A stretch of DNA of 33,000 bases from Sminthopsis crassicaudata (taxonomy: Eukaryota). The stretch covers positions 118,112,852 through 118,145,851 of the forward strand of contig NC_133620.1 in NCBI RefSeq assembly GCF_048593235.1. Direction: 5' to 3'. The translations under genes were made by a program, and so were the position numbers. The notes under the pieces are model-generated. The model ran no database searches, had not been told where the DNA came from, and worked only from the letters and a program-made list of their open reading frames with translations. This document shows, piece by piece, positions 22,231 through 32,755 of the stretch; position 1 is the stretch's first letter; each line of letters starts with the position of its first letter.

Positions 22231-24660
22231 TCAAGGATCTGGGCGACCCAAATTGCCATACAGATCAGGTCTTCGGTGCTGGGCCACAGGCATATGCTGG
22301 CGTACTTGACGCAAATAGGCCAGGTCAATGTGGGCAAGGCAGAGGCCTGGCCCCTCAGAACAGCGGGCTATCACAACTCCCCAGGGGTCCACCACCATAC
22401 TGTGTCCATAACTCCCTCTTTTTTCATGGTGCTGTCCCCATTGTGCTGCAGCAATCACATAGCACTGTGTCTCTATGGCCCGAGCACGGAGCAGAACCTG
22501 GGGAAAGAAAACAGATGAAATAAATTTCAGCATCTGGGGAAGAAAAGTGGGAAGGAACAGAGCAGTGACCTATAGAAACAATGTTTCCCCTAATCAGTTC
22601 TGAGAGATGGTCACGGGAAGTTAGGCAAGAAATACAGCATGTCTATGTATTGCTATATATTGGCAGGTTCTTACCTCCCAGTGAGCTGGTCCTGTGACTG
22701 ATCCAAAGGCTGAAGGATAGGTGAGAATTTCAGCACCATCCTGGGCTAATGCAAGGGAAAGCTCTGGAAATCTCAAGTCATAGCAAATGGCCAGGCCTAC
22801 CTGGAATGGAGAGTAGGATATTTAGCTTCTCTGGTACAGTGGCCACTCTTCATACTGTTCCACTGTTTTCTTGCCCCCTCCAACGTATACCCATTCCTTT
22901 TCCCTTTAACCTCCTCCCTTCCCTCCCTGCCAACCTTGCCAGCTGGTGTACTGACAGGTGACCCAAGAGTGGGCCCAGGTATAGTAGAGTTGCTCTCACA
23001 CATGGATCCCTGTCCTGGGAGCTCCACATCACAGAGGTGTGTCTTCCTATATGTGGCCACAACAGAGCCTTGGGAGTAGAAGAGGAATACTCTGCTGATG
23101 ATTCTATATTCCCTCTTGTTGCCCCAGATCAGGAGCTGCTTATAGTTAGAAACCAGAAGCACAGATATTACATTGACAAGGTGTATGTTTTTTGTTTTTT
23201 GGGGGGAGGGGGAAGGAGGGAAGGAAAAGGGACAAAAGAAAAAGAGCAGAGGCAATCCAACTGGTGAATGGCCTTGAAGGCTTGGCAAATTGTCTCCAAA
23301 GTCTGGGGCAAGGAAAGTGAAAGGGAGTGAAGTTGGGAGTCTAAAAACCAGATTGTAGAATGCAACTCAAAAGGGCAGGAGAGGGTGAATAGAGAAAGTT
23401 AGGGACTTAGTCTTACCCTTACTGTCTAGGAGCACATGACAATTATAGATACGCTGAGTCTGTTCCCAATCTTGGCCCCGTTCATGAAAACCACCAAGGG
23501 ATATCCAGAGTCCACATTCCCTGCAGATAAAGCAGAAGAGAACCTTTCTCAGAACCTTGTTTGTCACTCAGCTGAACCTCCTAACCCAGTGTTGTGCTTC
23601 TGTTACCTTCCATACCTGGCAAGTCGGGAATACCGATTCACAAGATCCCCATCCAGTGGCTCAGACAGCTTAAGTGTCTCTGCTGGGTCCCGAGCAATGA
23701 AGTCGAAGGCCTCAGGCAGGAAGGCCAGGCAGGCACCTAACTTGGCAGCCTCCCGAACGAGACCTGAACAGACTGCAAAGGTCTGTTCCTTATCTGGTGT
23801 TGACGTCACCTGGCACACTGCTACCAGGGGCAAATTTCGGGAAGAGGAAGAAACAGCCATGGTCCCAGCCCTGTGAACAACAGGAGGCTCATTAGACGCC
23901 TTCCCTTCAGTCATGGTGCCCCTGTAGTGAATGTCTTCTCTTCCCGGCCCCCCCTTCCCCAGCCCTCAGCTGGCCCTAAAATGGGCATCATGATATGGAA
24001 ACTTTACCGGACAGTGGTTACATTATGAAAAGCAAGCTATGCAGATCCACAGATGCGCCACGAGCATTGCTCTACATGGGTGCTGAACCAGTTAGGAATC
24101 CTCTCCCTCCTGCTCTCCCCTCTTCCTTGATCCGAAGCGGGTAGAGCGGGCATTACCTGTTGTGTCTGATGCCCTCTGGGCCACGAAACCGGGAGAGACC
24201 GGGCAGCCTGAATCCAGAACTTAGCAGCAACAAGCACTTTCTCGGCGTCCGGAGGGTAGAGCTCAGCCTAGAGAAGACCAGAGTTCTAGGACCCTCTTCT
24301 CTAGAATGCCGGGACACTGAGCTCCCTGCCCCCAGAACACGAAGTGGGGCCCTACGGGAGTACCTCCCAGTCTCCTAGCTAAGCCCCGCGGGTGGTGCAC
24401 GGCTGCTGCGCCGGACCCCGCGGGCCCTCTCTTGGCACTGACGCAGTACAAGTCTCCTCTCCCTGCAGAAGGGCGGAATCCCTAAGCGGCAAGAAAACCA
24501 TCCCCACGTCCCGCATCTGCATTCACTTCCCAGACCCTCTACCCCTTGCCCCGATATGCACTGCCCCTGACCCAGCTCGACCTTTCCCTCCTCCCACATC
24601 CCTCCCCGGAGTGGGACATTCTGGCACAAGCTGTGGAAGCCACAGAGTAGGGTCCTACAT
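22231..24660 (-). CDS. NIT1: Deaminated glutathione amidase (nitrilase-like 1); 332-aa long form, 291-aa form from ATG 23860
   Basis: Exons 24660-24659 (AT), 24267-24157, 23870-23616, 23520-23417, 23068-22935, 22800-22675, 22497-22231 (999 nt). The nitrilase triad is intact: FLPEAFD (E), YRKTHL (K), ICYDLRFPE (C). Exon 1 and the split ATG are less certain than exons 3-7. Confidence 0.95.
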
Positions 24661-24900
24661 GGAGCCGGAGTCGGAGCCTGAGTTGGGAGGGTCCGCAGCT
24701 ACCTCTCAGGCCTCCCGCCCTAAGGTCTGGAAGACTTGAGGCCATGGGGCACCCGGAAACGTCGGGCCCGCCCACCGGAAGTGCCCCAAACCAAGATGGC
24801 GCTCCAGGCACCAGAATCTGGAGGCCGAGGCGTCCGGACGTGACGCACGAGGAGGCGAGTATTGGGCTTATAGGGCCCTACACCTAGCGGGCGGGTAAAG
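24661..24900. promoter_or_regulatory. NIT1/PFDN2 bidirectional CpG-island promoter
   Basis: Start codons are only ~240 bp apart, head to head. ETS/GABP CCGGAAGT 24775-24782, YY1 CAAGATGGCG 24792-24801, CRE-like TGACG 24841, and YY1 AAGATGGCGG overlapping the PFDN2 ATG. Confidence 0.88.
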
Positions 24901-27900
24901 ATGGCGGAGAGCAGCAACCGGGGCAACAAGAGTAGCGGCAGCGGCGCTGCCAGCACGGGCAAGGGGGCAGTGTCGGCGGAGCAGGTAAGCGTCGCTGCTC
25001 GCACGGCGACCGCGGCTCCTGGTGGGGGCCGTGGGGGCGGGGCCTGGAGCACGTGCGGTAACCTCCGCTGCAGCCCAGGTTCGCCGGGCCACGGCCCCAT
25101 CGTGGTCAGGTCTGGGCCCCCCACTGCGGAGGGATAGGGCATTGCGGGGAGTAGGTCTGTGCGCTGAGGGTATGGACAGGGTGGTGGGCTCAGGGTAGAG
25201 GAGCAGCCTCCAGGCCCATCCATGGTTTTGAGCCCAGGGTATTCCCCAGCTTTCAGTGAGTCAGGGAAAGGACCGGGGACTTCAAGGAGAGGACAGGCCC
25301 CTCCCTGGGAAAGGGTCATGTGAAGCCTGAAATCCACCAGGCTAGGCAAATGGCTAGGCTTGCAGGGTGCGGGACAAGTGCCCCCAGTCTATGGTTGAGC
25401 TTGTGGGGGGAGATTTCGCAGGATTCCACCCTGTCCTTTTGACAGTTGGTGCTTGGGCCAGGTTAGTGTGAGCCTGAGCCCTACGGTCTGCCCCCTGCTG
25501 TTCGGCAGCAAAGTGCCCCACGGGCATGACCCATGAGAAGAGCCAGAGTAACACCCCAAAGTCTGAGACTTAGACCGGGTGTGGGGAGAAGTGTATTCCA
25601 AAACATCTGGCATGGGGTGACTGGAATATTGTACCCTACTTGATAGATATAAATATGTGAACTATTGCAACATTTTTTAACCAAAAAAATAGGATTTCTG
25701 ACCCCCCAAAGTATGTAAATGTAAAAAAACCCAGCTATTTAAAATTGTTAATTTAAATCTTTTAAATTTGTTATTTGTAAAAGTGATTCTTGAGGCCACT
25801 AGATGCCTCAGTGGATATATACTGACCCTTAAGTCAGGAGCACCTGAGTTCAAAATTGACCTTAGACCACTTAACTAGTTGTGTGACCCTGGGCAAGTCA
25901 CTTAACTCCCGACTGCTTGGGGGGGAGTGATTTTTGCTCTTGACTATTTCATTTTGCAATTTAAGAGGATACTTATTTTGGCTGGCTCTGCTTTTAAGTC
26001 AATATTTATTGAGAATTTGAAGGAGAAGGTGGGAACCTACTTGTAAATATAGAAAATACAGAGCCAGGGATTACTTGGTCTGCAAGAAGAAGTCTCAGGA
26101 GCAGTTAGGAGTGAATTTGCCTTTCCAGTGTTACTCAAGTGGGACTTTGCATTTATGTCAGCATAGGCTGCTGTCCCCTCATGCTGGAACTCACTCCCCT
26201 TCAAAGTTCCAGCTCTACCTTCCAAATAATAACAGTGATGATGACTATTTCCTTTAGTTGGAGTCATTTTCAACTATTTGTGACCTTGTGGACCATAACA
26301 CCCAGTGGTTTTCTTGGCAAAGATACTGGAGTGCTTGGCTAATTTCTTCTCCAGTGCCTTAGGGTTCAGTAACTAATAAGTATCTGAGGCTATATTTGAA
26401 TTCAGGTCTTCCAGATCCAGATCCATCGCTCTATTCACTGAGCTGCATTGATATAGTGCTTACTCCATGTAGGCTCTATGCTAATTGCTTTAGAAGTATC
26501 TTTTGACTCAACTGGGATCAGACTGGATGTCAATTCAGTTCTTCCTCATTGCAGACCTAGCACTCTTTACTGGTCACCCATTACTACTGCCTTCTCCCCA
26601 AAATTCTCTTGTGTTTCTGTTTATATTTACATATATGTTGGAGATGTCCCCATCTATACATGCCTCCCCTAATAAAATGTAAGCTTCAGAGCACTTTATG
26701 TTTGTAGGTCAGTAAACATTTATTAAGCACCTACTCCAGGCCTGGCACTGTGATATGCTCTGGAGATGAAAAAAAGCCCCAATTCCGCCCCCATCCCCCC
26801 CTACAAACAAACAGTCTTGTAAGGGAAAACAAGGAAATGAATGTACACAAAAAAGCTAAATAGAAGATAAATAGGAGTGATGGCACCAGAATTAATAAGA
26901 TTTAGGGAAGCCTTCCCATAGGTGATTTGATTTTAGTTTAGGTATCTAAAGTGGCCCAGGGAAGCCAGAAGGTACAAATGACAAAGAAGAGCATTCCAGG
27001 GATGGGGGACAGACAGAGAAAATGCCTTGAACCAAGATGAATATCTTGTTTAAGAAACAGCCAAGAGACCAGTGTCCCTCGATTGAAAAATATGTGGTGG
27101 CAGAATAAGGTGTAAGAAAATTGGAAAAGTCAAAGGGGACTAGGTTATCAAGGGCTTTGAATGCCAGAGGACTTTGTATTTATTCCTAGAGGCAACATGA
27201 AGCCATTGGAATTTTGAGTAGGAGAGTAATGAAGTTAGACCTGCACTTTTAAGAGAATCTTTATTTTTTTCTTTCTTAAAAAATGTTACCAGCTAACTAA
27301 TATGACCATGTCAGGTAAACTCCCTATTCAGTAAAGTCCACTGGCCTTCTGTTACTTTTAGTATCAGATATAAAATCATCTTTGGCTTATAAAACTTTGA
27401 AACCTGGCCTCCTGTTTCTCTGTTCTTATATTTTATTCCAAATAGCCTATGATTCAGGGACGTGGGCCTTCTTGCTGGCTCCTTACACGTGTCATTCTGT
27501 TTCCTGACCCTCATGAAATATTCTCCCTCATCACCTCCTCTACCCAACATTCCTAACATTCCTGGCTTCCTACTAGCTCAAATCTCTCACCTTCTGCTAG
27601 CTTTTCCCAGTCTTCCCTCCCCCTTTCCTTCTGAGATTGATTGATATGTATATTTGTTTTAGTTGTATACTCATTTGGATCTAGCCCATGTTGTAAAATA
27701 TGAGAGCAGTATGGTGTAAGATGAAGGGAAATGAGAGTTATATATAAGCATTGGAATAGGGAAAGGAAGACCCAGTACCAAAGATCATTTGTAGATTGGA
27801 AATTCTAGGAGCAAAGTTTAATATTCCCTTGAGAGTTAGTGTTGAATTATTTGTTGGCTTAAAAACATTTGCAGCTAAGATTTTGAGTAGTTGCCTATCT

Positions 27901-30170
27901 ATTATGCCTGTCTATGAATGGCTAAAATTCTCTACTCTTAAACCTAAACTGATTTAATTTGGAGTGGCATCTGATTCAAAATTCACTTCTAACCTAGAAA
28001 CATCTCTGATCCTCACTAGTTAACAAGAATAATTTTGTTTTCTAAAATATCTAGCTTCCCTTAGTTGCTTTAACTTCAAGGGTTCAGGGACTGATTTTAT
28101 TTCACAAAATACTGAGTGTATACTCAGAAAATGTTATCTTTTCAGGTGAGTAGGTTCCATCATTTGTATTCACACAGGAAGACAGTCATTTGGATTTTGT
28201 TGGAGTCCAAGTTGGTCAATTAATATTTATTAAGTACCTACTGTCTGATACTATGCTAGATGCTAGAGATTCAAAATTCAAGCAATACCTGCCTTATTTT
28301 CTAACAAAGCTGACAGCACACGCCTATATGTAGACATGAAACCTGGGAGAGAGAGAAGGTGATAGGAATCTGGGGCATCAGGAAAGGCCTTATGCAAAAG
28401 TCAGTGCTTGAGTTGAACCTTGAAGTAAACTAAAGTAAGTGTGTTAGTAGTGAATCATTCCAAGCAGAGGAAATAACAAGTGCAAAGGGGCATGGAGAGA
28501 GGAAACTGTTATGGGTGACAATCACCACAAAGGCCAGTTTGGCAGGATCTTATGAAAGGAAGGTAATATACAGTAAGGCTAGAAGGGTAGAATGGAGCCA
28601 AATTATGAAGGGCTTTAAATGCTAAAAGGAGGTATGTTTATATAGAAGCATTGGATTTATTGAGTGAGAGTGGAATTGTGCCACATTGTCACATTTGAGC
28701 TTAGAAATTTCATTGGCAGCTGTGTGAAGGATGAATTGGCATGTTGGGAGACAGGTATAGTGACTAGTTAGGAGGTCATTTTCCAGGGCAGCAGAGGCCA
28801 CTAGCTTATTTTAAGTTGCAGCCAATATCTCAGAATATTGCAAAGTGAGTGAGGCACCAAAGGTAGGGAATTCTATAAGGCTAAGTTAGTTGCTATGTTC
28901 TTTTCTCTAGTTGTGAGGTGAGAGAAGAAAGTGGGACTTGCTAGGAAAGATTATAGGAAAGGGTAGAAGATTGGACACTTGAATTAATATGATCAGGTCA
29001 GGGTTTGGGCTACTCTTTGGACACTTGAATTAATATGATCAGGTCAGGGTTTGGGCTACTCTTTTCTCTAGTTTATAGTCTCAGTCCTAGATAGTAACTA
29101 CGGAGAGTACAAGCCCAGGGAACAGCATTATGTGGGGAGACCAGCCGTACTTGTTGTGCGTACATGTGTCAATGTTAGTACTTGTTCTAGCCATCTCTGT
29201 ATTTTCTGTATATGTAGGAATCATCCCCCAAGGGAAGACTATTTCAGACAAGGATAAATGATGCCAAGTTGGGACCCTTGGTTTGTACTTTTCTCCACAT
29301 GTATACTGCCATCTAAGGAACCATCTCCATAGGGTTCTTTCCCTCACCTTATCTCTCCTCTTCCCTAGGTGGTTGCTGGCTTCAACCGCCTTCGACAGGA
29401 ACAGAGGGGCCTGGCATCCAAAGCAGCTGAGCTGGAAATGGAGTTGAATGAACATAGGTGAGAGGTCTGGGGGAAGAAATAAGGAAGAGTTGGGGGGTAA
29501 AGGGGAAGTCTATGTTGTGTTGGGGCTCTAACTCAGACCTTTCTCCTCCTTATCCTAGCCTAGTGATAGATACACTGAGAGAAGTGGATCCAACCCGGAA
29601 ATGCTATCGAATGGTTGGGGGGGTTCTGGTAGAGCGAACTGTCAAAGAGGTGCTGCCTGCTTTGGAGGGTAACAAGGAACAGGTAAGGCGGGGGGGGTGT
29701 GTTAAAATTTAATGTGAGCTCATGGAGTAGGAAGGACTTTTGGTCAAAGCCAGCATCAAAGTGTTGCTTGAGTTAGGTCCATTCTTTTTATGGGCTTTGA
29801 AACCAAGCTTGGCCCTGGGAGGAAGTAGGGCAACAGTAGTCTTATTTCTTTTTCTCAACTCATCATTTGGACTGCTCAGTCTTGGCTAGAAGCAGCCAGT
29901 GAGGTGACATTTCTCCTTGACTTCCCTTGTAAACAGTTTATTACCAAATAGAGACTATCAGTATTCTCATTTAACCCGAATTCTCACCTCCAGATTCAGA
30001 AGATCATTGAGACATTGACCCAACAGCTTCAAGCAAAGGGAAGGGAGTTGAATGACTTCAGGGAGAAACATAATATTCGACTAATGGGTGAGGATGAGAA
30101 GCCAGCAGCCAAGGACAATGGGGAGGGGTCTGGGGCCAAAGCCAGCTCAGCTGGTGTACTGGTCTCCTAA
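24901..30170 (+). CDS. PFDN2: Prefoldin subunit 2, 157 aa
   Basis: Exons 24901-24984, 29369-29457, 29559-29682, 29994-30170 (474 nt, GT-AG). Protein MAESSNRG...SAEQVVAGFNRLRQEQRGLASKAAELEMELNEHSLVIDTLREVDPTRKCYRMVGGVLVERTVKEVLPALE...SSAGVLVS. Confidence 0.98.
25792..25920 (+). mobile_element. Core SINE (WSINE1/MAR1-like) in PFDN2 intron 1
   Basis: cagtggata...aagtcaggagcacctgagttcaaa...tagttgtgtgaccctgggcaagtcacttaac. Confidence 0.8.
26240..26445 (-). mobile_element. MAR1-like SINE, inverted
   Basis: ggttttcttggcaaagatactggagtg...ttcttctccag (RTE/BovB-like tail) joined to tctgaggctatatttgaattcaggtcttcc...gctctattcactgagc. Confidence 0.7.
26709..27250 (-). mobile_element. L2 3' region, inverted
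   Basis: aaacatttattaagcacctact...ggcactgtg, agcattccagggatggggga, gggctttgaatgcc, agccattgga...gacctgcacttt. Confidence 0.7.
28215..28740 (-). mobile_element. L2 3' region, inverted
   Basis: atatttattaagtacctact...tgctagatgctagagat, tatgaagggctttaaatgc, ggcagctgtgtgaaggatg. Confidence 0.65.
28971..29062. repeat. Perfect 46-bp tandem duplication
   Basis: ttggacacttgaattaatatgatcaggtcagggtttgggctactct at 28971-29016 and 29017-29062. Confidence 0.97.
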
Positions 30171-30265
30171 GAATCAAAACCTTTGTCACGTTTTTCTCCC
30201 ATGCCTCTTACACATACCCTTTATTATTATTTTTCTTTGTTGCTGCTCTTGTAATATTTTTGTTA

Positions 30266-30271
30266 AATAAA
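30266..30271 (+). terminator. PFDN2 polyadenylation signal AATAAA
   Basis: ~95 nt after the stop, followed by GU-rich sequence. Confidence 0.85.
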
Positions 30272-30499
30272 TGGTTTGGTCTCAATGCCCAGTTCTGTCT
30301 GGGCTTTCTCCTGTATTATTGAAAATTTTTAAGGATAGGGAGGAGCTCAGATGATTATACAGATACCTAATGGTTCTTTTGTTGGGCTTTAAACTCAGAA
30401 TGTCACCAATAAGACTTTCTACATCCCTTCCCCACCCGGCTGTACCCCACCTCCCAACAAATGGAGAGTGTCATTCATTGTCTGACTTGCAGATGAGCA

Positions 30500-30505
30500 T
30501 TTAAT
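30500..30505 (-). terminator. KLHDC9 polyadenylation signal ATTAAA
   Basis: TTTAAT on the + strand, ~70 nt beyond the KLHDC9 stop. Confidence 0.65.
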
Positions 30506-30573
30506 GAACAACTGTTAAGGGTATGGTAGATTTGTACTTTCTGGGATTGGATGAAGTGAGGAAGCAGATTTCC

Positions 30574-32225
30574 CTAGCTTAGTTCTAATGTATAAACATT
30601 TGGACTAGGTGTCCTTTCATCCTCACCAAAACCCCCTACTAGATAGAGCTGGTTATTCCAGAGGCAGGTTCGGTGGCCTACCCGCTTCATGTTTCGATCT
30701 TCACAGGGAAAGTGGAACCATGGCCGGGAGGATTTGCCTGTGGGGAGGAAAGCACTTTAAGATAAAGTTACCTTCTTTAGGCTAGTCCATCCCCTGCCCA
30801 CTGACTTTTTCCCGGCACTTAGTAATCCAGCAGCCTGGCTGAGCACTTGCCACTTTATCCCTCCCCCTTGCCCTCTTTCCCCAGCTGCATTCTGCTTAGC
30901 ATGCTCCATAAGTTCCACCCTCTCTCAGTTTCTCACGACTATCATAGATGTAGAGGTCATTGCAGACGGTGTCCCGAGCTCTGGTCAGAGTTTCTCCACC
31001 AAACAACACAGCAAAAGGCCCCACGACGGAGCAGGAATGGTGCCGAAGCCCCCGGGGCCCCTCGACGGACCCCCTCTCTCTCCTGATGAGCCGGGAGAGC
31101 TGTTCTGTTAGCTGAGTGGCCACCACCGGCTCCTCCTGGCAGGAGGGGTGGAAGGGAGAAATTAGAAGTCCCTATCAGAAGGAAAAGCTGGCCCAGAGCT
31201 CCCCTGATGTATCGGCTGAGGGACCCCAACAAGCCACTTAACTCTCAGGGTTCTTAACCTGGTGTTTGCAGACCCCCTATGGGGTCTCTGAAGAGCCTCA
31301 CAGAATGAGCACGTTATTTCATGCCATGAGAAGCAGTAGTCTGGGGAAAGCTTTCCACCGCAGTGGCCTGCCTGCGGGCTCTGCCATCCCTATCCCCACC
31401 CCCACTGGGCATGGGCACCCTGCGGCACAGCCGCGGCTCAGACAGCTCACCTGGATGTGCCCCGGGCCCCAGTGCCCGGCCACTTCGGGCTCCGGGGAAT
31501 TGCAGCCCCCGAAGAGCAAGAGCTGGTGGCCGGGCCGCGGGCCGCCGGTGCGGAACAGAGCGGCGCTGTGGCCGGAGCGCGAGGCCGTGTGGCAGCTCTC
31601 TTCACGGTAGCTGCGGAGATGTACAGCTCAGGCCCTACCCTGGGCTGGGGAGGGAAGTCGAGGGGCGAGGCCGGGCCCGCGCGAGGCCGTAGGCAGCTTC
31701 CCGCAGGGCCTCCTACCTGTAGGTGCGCGCAGGGGGGTCCACGCGCAGAGTGTAGACGCTACCGTAGCGGCGCTGAGTGCGAGTGCCACCCTCGCGGCCG
31801 GCCACGCGCAGCTCGTGGTCCGACAGGCGGGTGCAGGTGTGGCTGCTGAGCCCGGCCGGGGCGCAGCTGCCGGGAGCCGCGGACCACGCCTCCCAGGTCC
31901 CGCGCTCCGCATCGAGGGCGGCTACGGCCGCCACGCGCCGGGACCCGTCCCAGCCGCCCACCACGCAGAGCCAGCGGTCGCCCACGGACACCGCGTCATG
32001 GTGGCTGCGCCGGGGCCCCCCGGGGCCCCCAGTCCTCGTCGTCCGGCCTGCCGCCGGGTCAAACATCACCGTGTCTCCAAGGGGTTCGCGCGCACCCCCG
32101 GACGTCAGGCCCCCGACCACATAGACCCGACCCCGCAGCACAGTGCAAGAGTGAAACGCCCGCGCCAGAAGCCGATCATGCGCCACTGGCCTCCAGACCC
32201 ACCCGGGAGGCCGGGCCGCGGCCAT
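30574..32225 (-). CDS. KLHDC9: Kelch domain-containing protein 9, 343 aa
   Basis: Exons 32225-31717, 31610-31451, 31135-30937, 30737-30574 (1032 nt, GT-AG, open). Kelch GG motifs: ARAFHSCTVLRGRVYVVGG, RSHHDAVSVGDRWLCVVGGWDG, LLLFGGC, RHHSCSVVGPFAVLFGGE, KRVGHRTCLWNNQLYLVGGFGED. Confidence 0.96.
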
Positions 32226-32390
32226 GAGCGGCGGAGGGCCAGGAGGTGCCCCCACTCCGCCTCCACCCGTCTGGCCCGTTCTCCGCCACGCCCCCAGGCT
32301 CGCGGGAATCTCGCCCTCAGCCTCACCCAACCCCTCCCCCTCAACTCTAGGGAGAACTCTCCCCAACCTCGAAGCCCCGCCTTCCCCAGA

Positions 32391-32525
32391 ATTGCCTTGG
32401 TAACGACGACTGTTAGCAACTGCGGAGCCGGAAAGGCTTGGTTACCATAGCGACGTGGACGCAACTACAAACCTTTGTTACCGGGGAAGTATTGGTAACT
32501 GTGGCAACCTAGAGGAGGGGCGGTT
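32391..32525 (-). promoter_or_regulatory. KLHDC9 promoter with clustered RFX X-box-like sites and a GC box
   Basis: ATTGCCTTGGTAAC (32391), GTTACCATAGCGAC (32441), GTAACTGTGGCAAC (32495), partial sites at 32408 and 32477; GGGGCGG near 32517. Confidence 0.75.
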
Positions 32526-32721
32526 GAGAGCGACTCTTACAGGACGAATTGGGAACTCCAGCCTTTTAAACTTCTCCCTTCCATCTCCTCCTCCCTCCAC
32601 TTTGAGTAAGCTCGAGTAAGGCGAAGAGAAAGGGCAAGAAATCCCTCTGTGCGCTCCCGGTGCTGAGTCAGGTCAAAGTGGACAGGCTGGGGACTGGTGT
32701 TCTTCTGTGTAATCTGGTCCA

Positions 32722-32724
<3 letters not shown>

Positions 32725-32755
<31 letters not shown>

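Noticed and set aside
22790-22805. AG|GT at exon starts (NIT1 exons 6 and 7, PFDN2 exon 2) as recursive splice sites
   Set aside because: Explained by Val codons at phase-0 junctions; the introns are far too short for typical recursive splicing.
23871-23921. Alternative NIT1 acceptor at 23921 with in-frame ATG 23914 ([15 protein letters not shown] extension)
   Set aside because: The upstream sequence is purine-rich with no polypyrimidine tract. The acceptor at 23870 gives the expected 255-nt exon.
24720-25349. 209-aa minus-strand ORF across PFDN2 exon 1
   Set aside because: Starts at TTG, lies in the GC-rich island antisense to a real exon, and has no recognisable motif.
31363-32450. Several 110-211-aa plus-strand ORFs over KLHDC9
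   Set aside because: Shadow frames of GC-rich KLHDC9 exons.
32463-32475. ACTACAA as a ZNF143/THAP11-type motif
   Set aside because: Lacks the following TCCC half of the motif.
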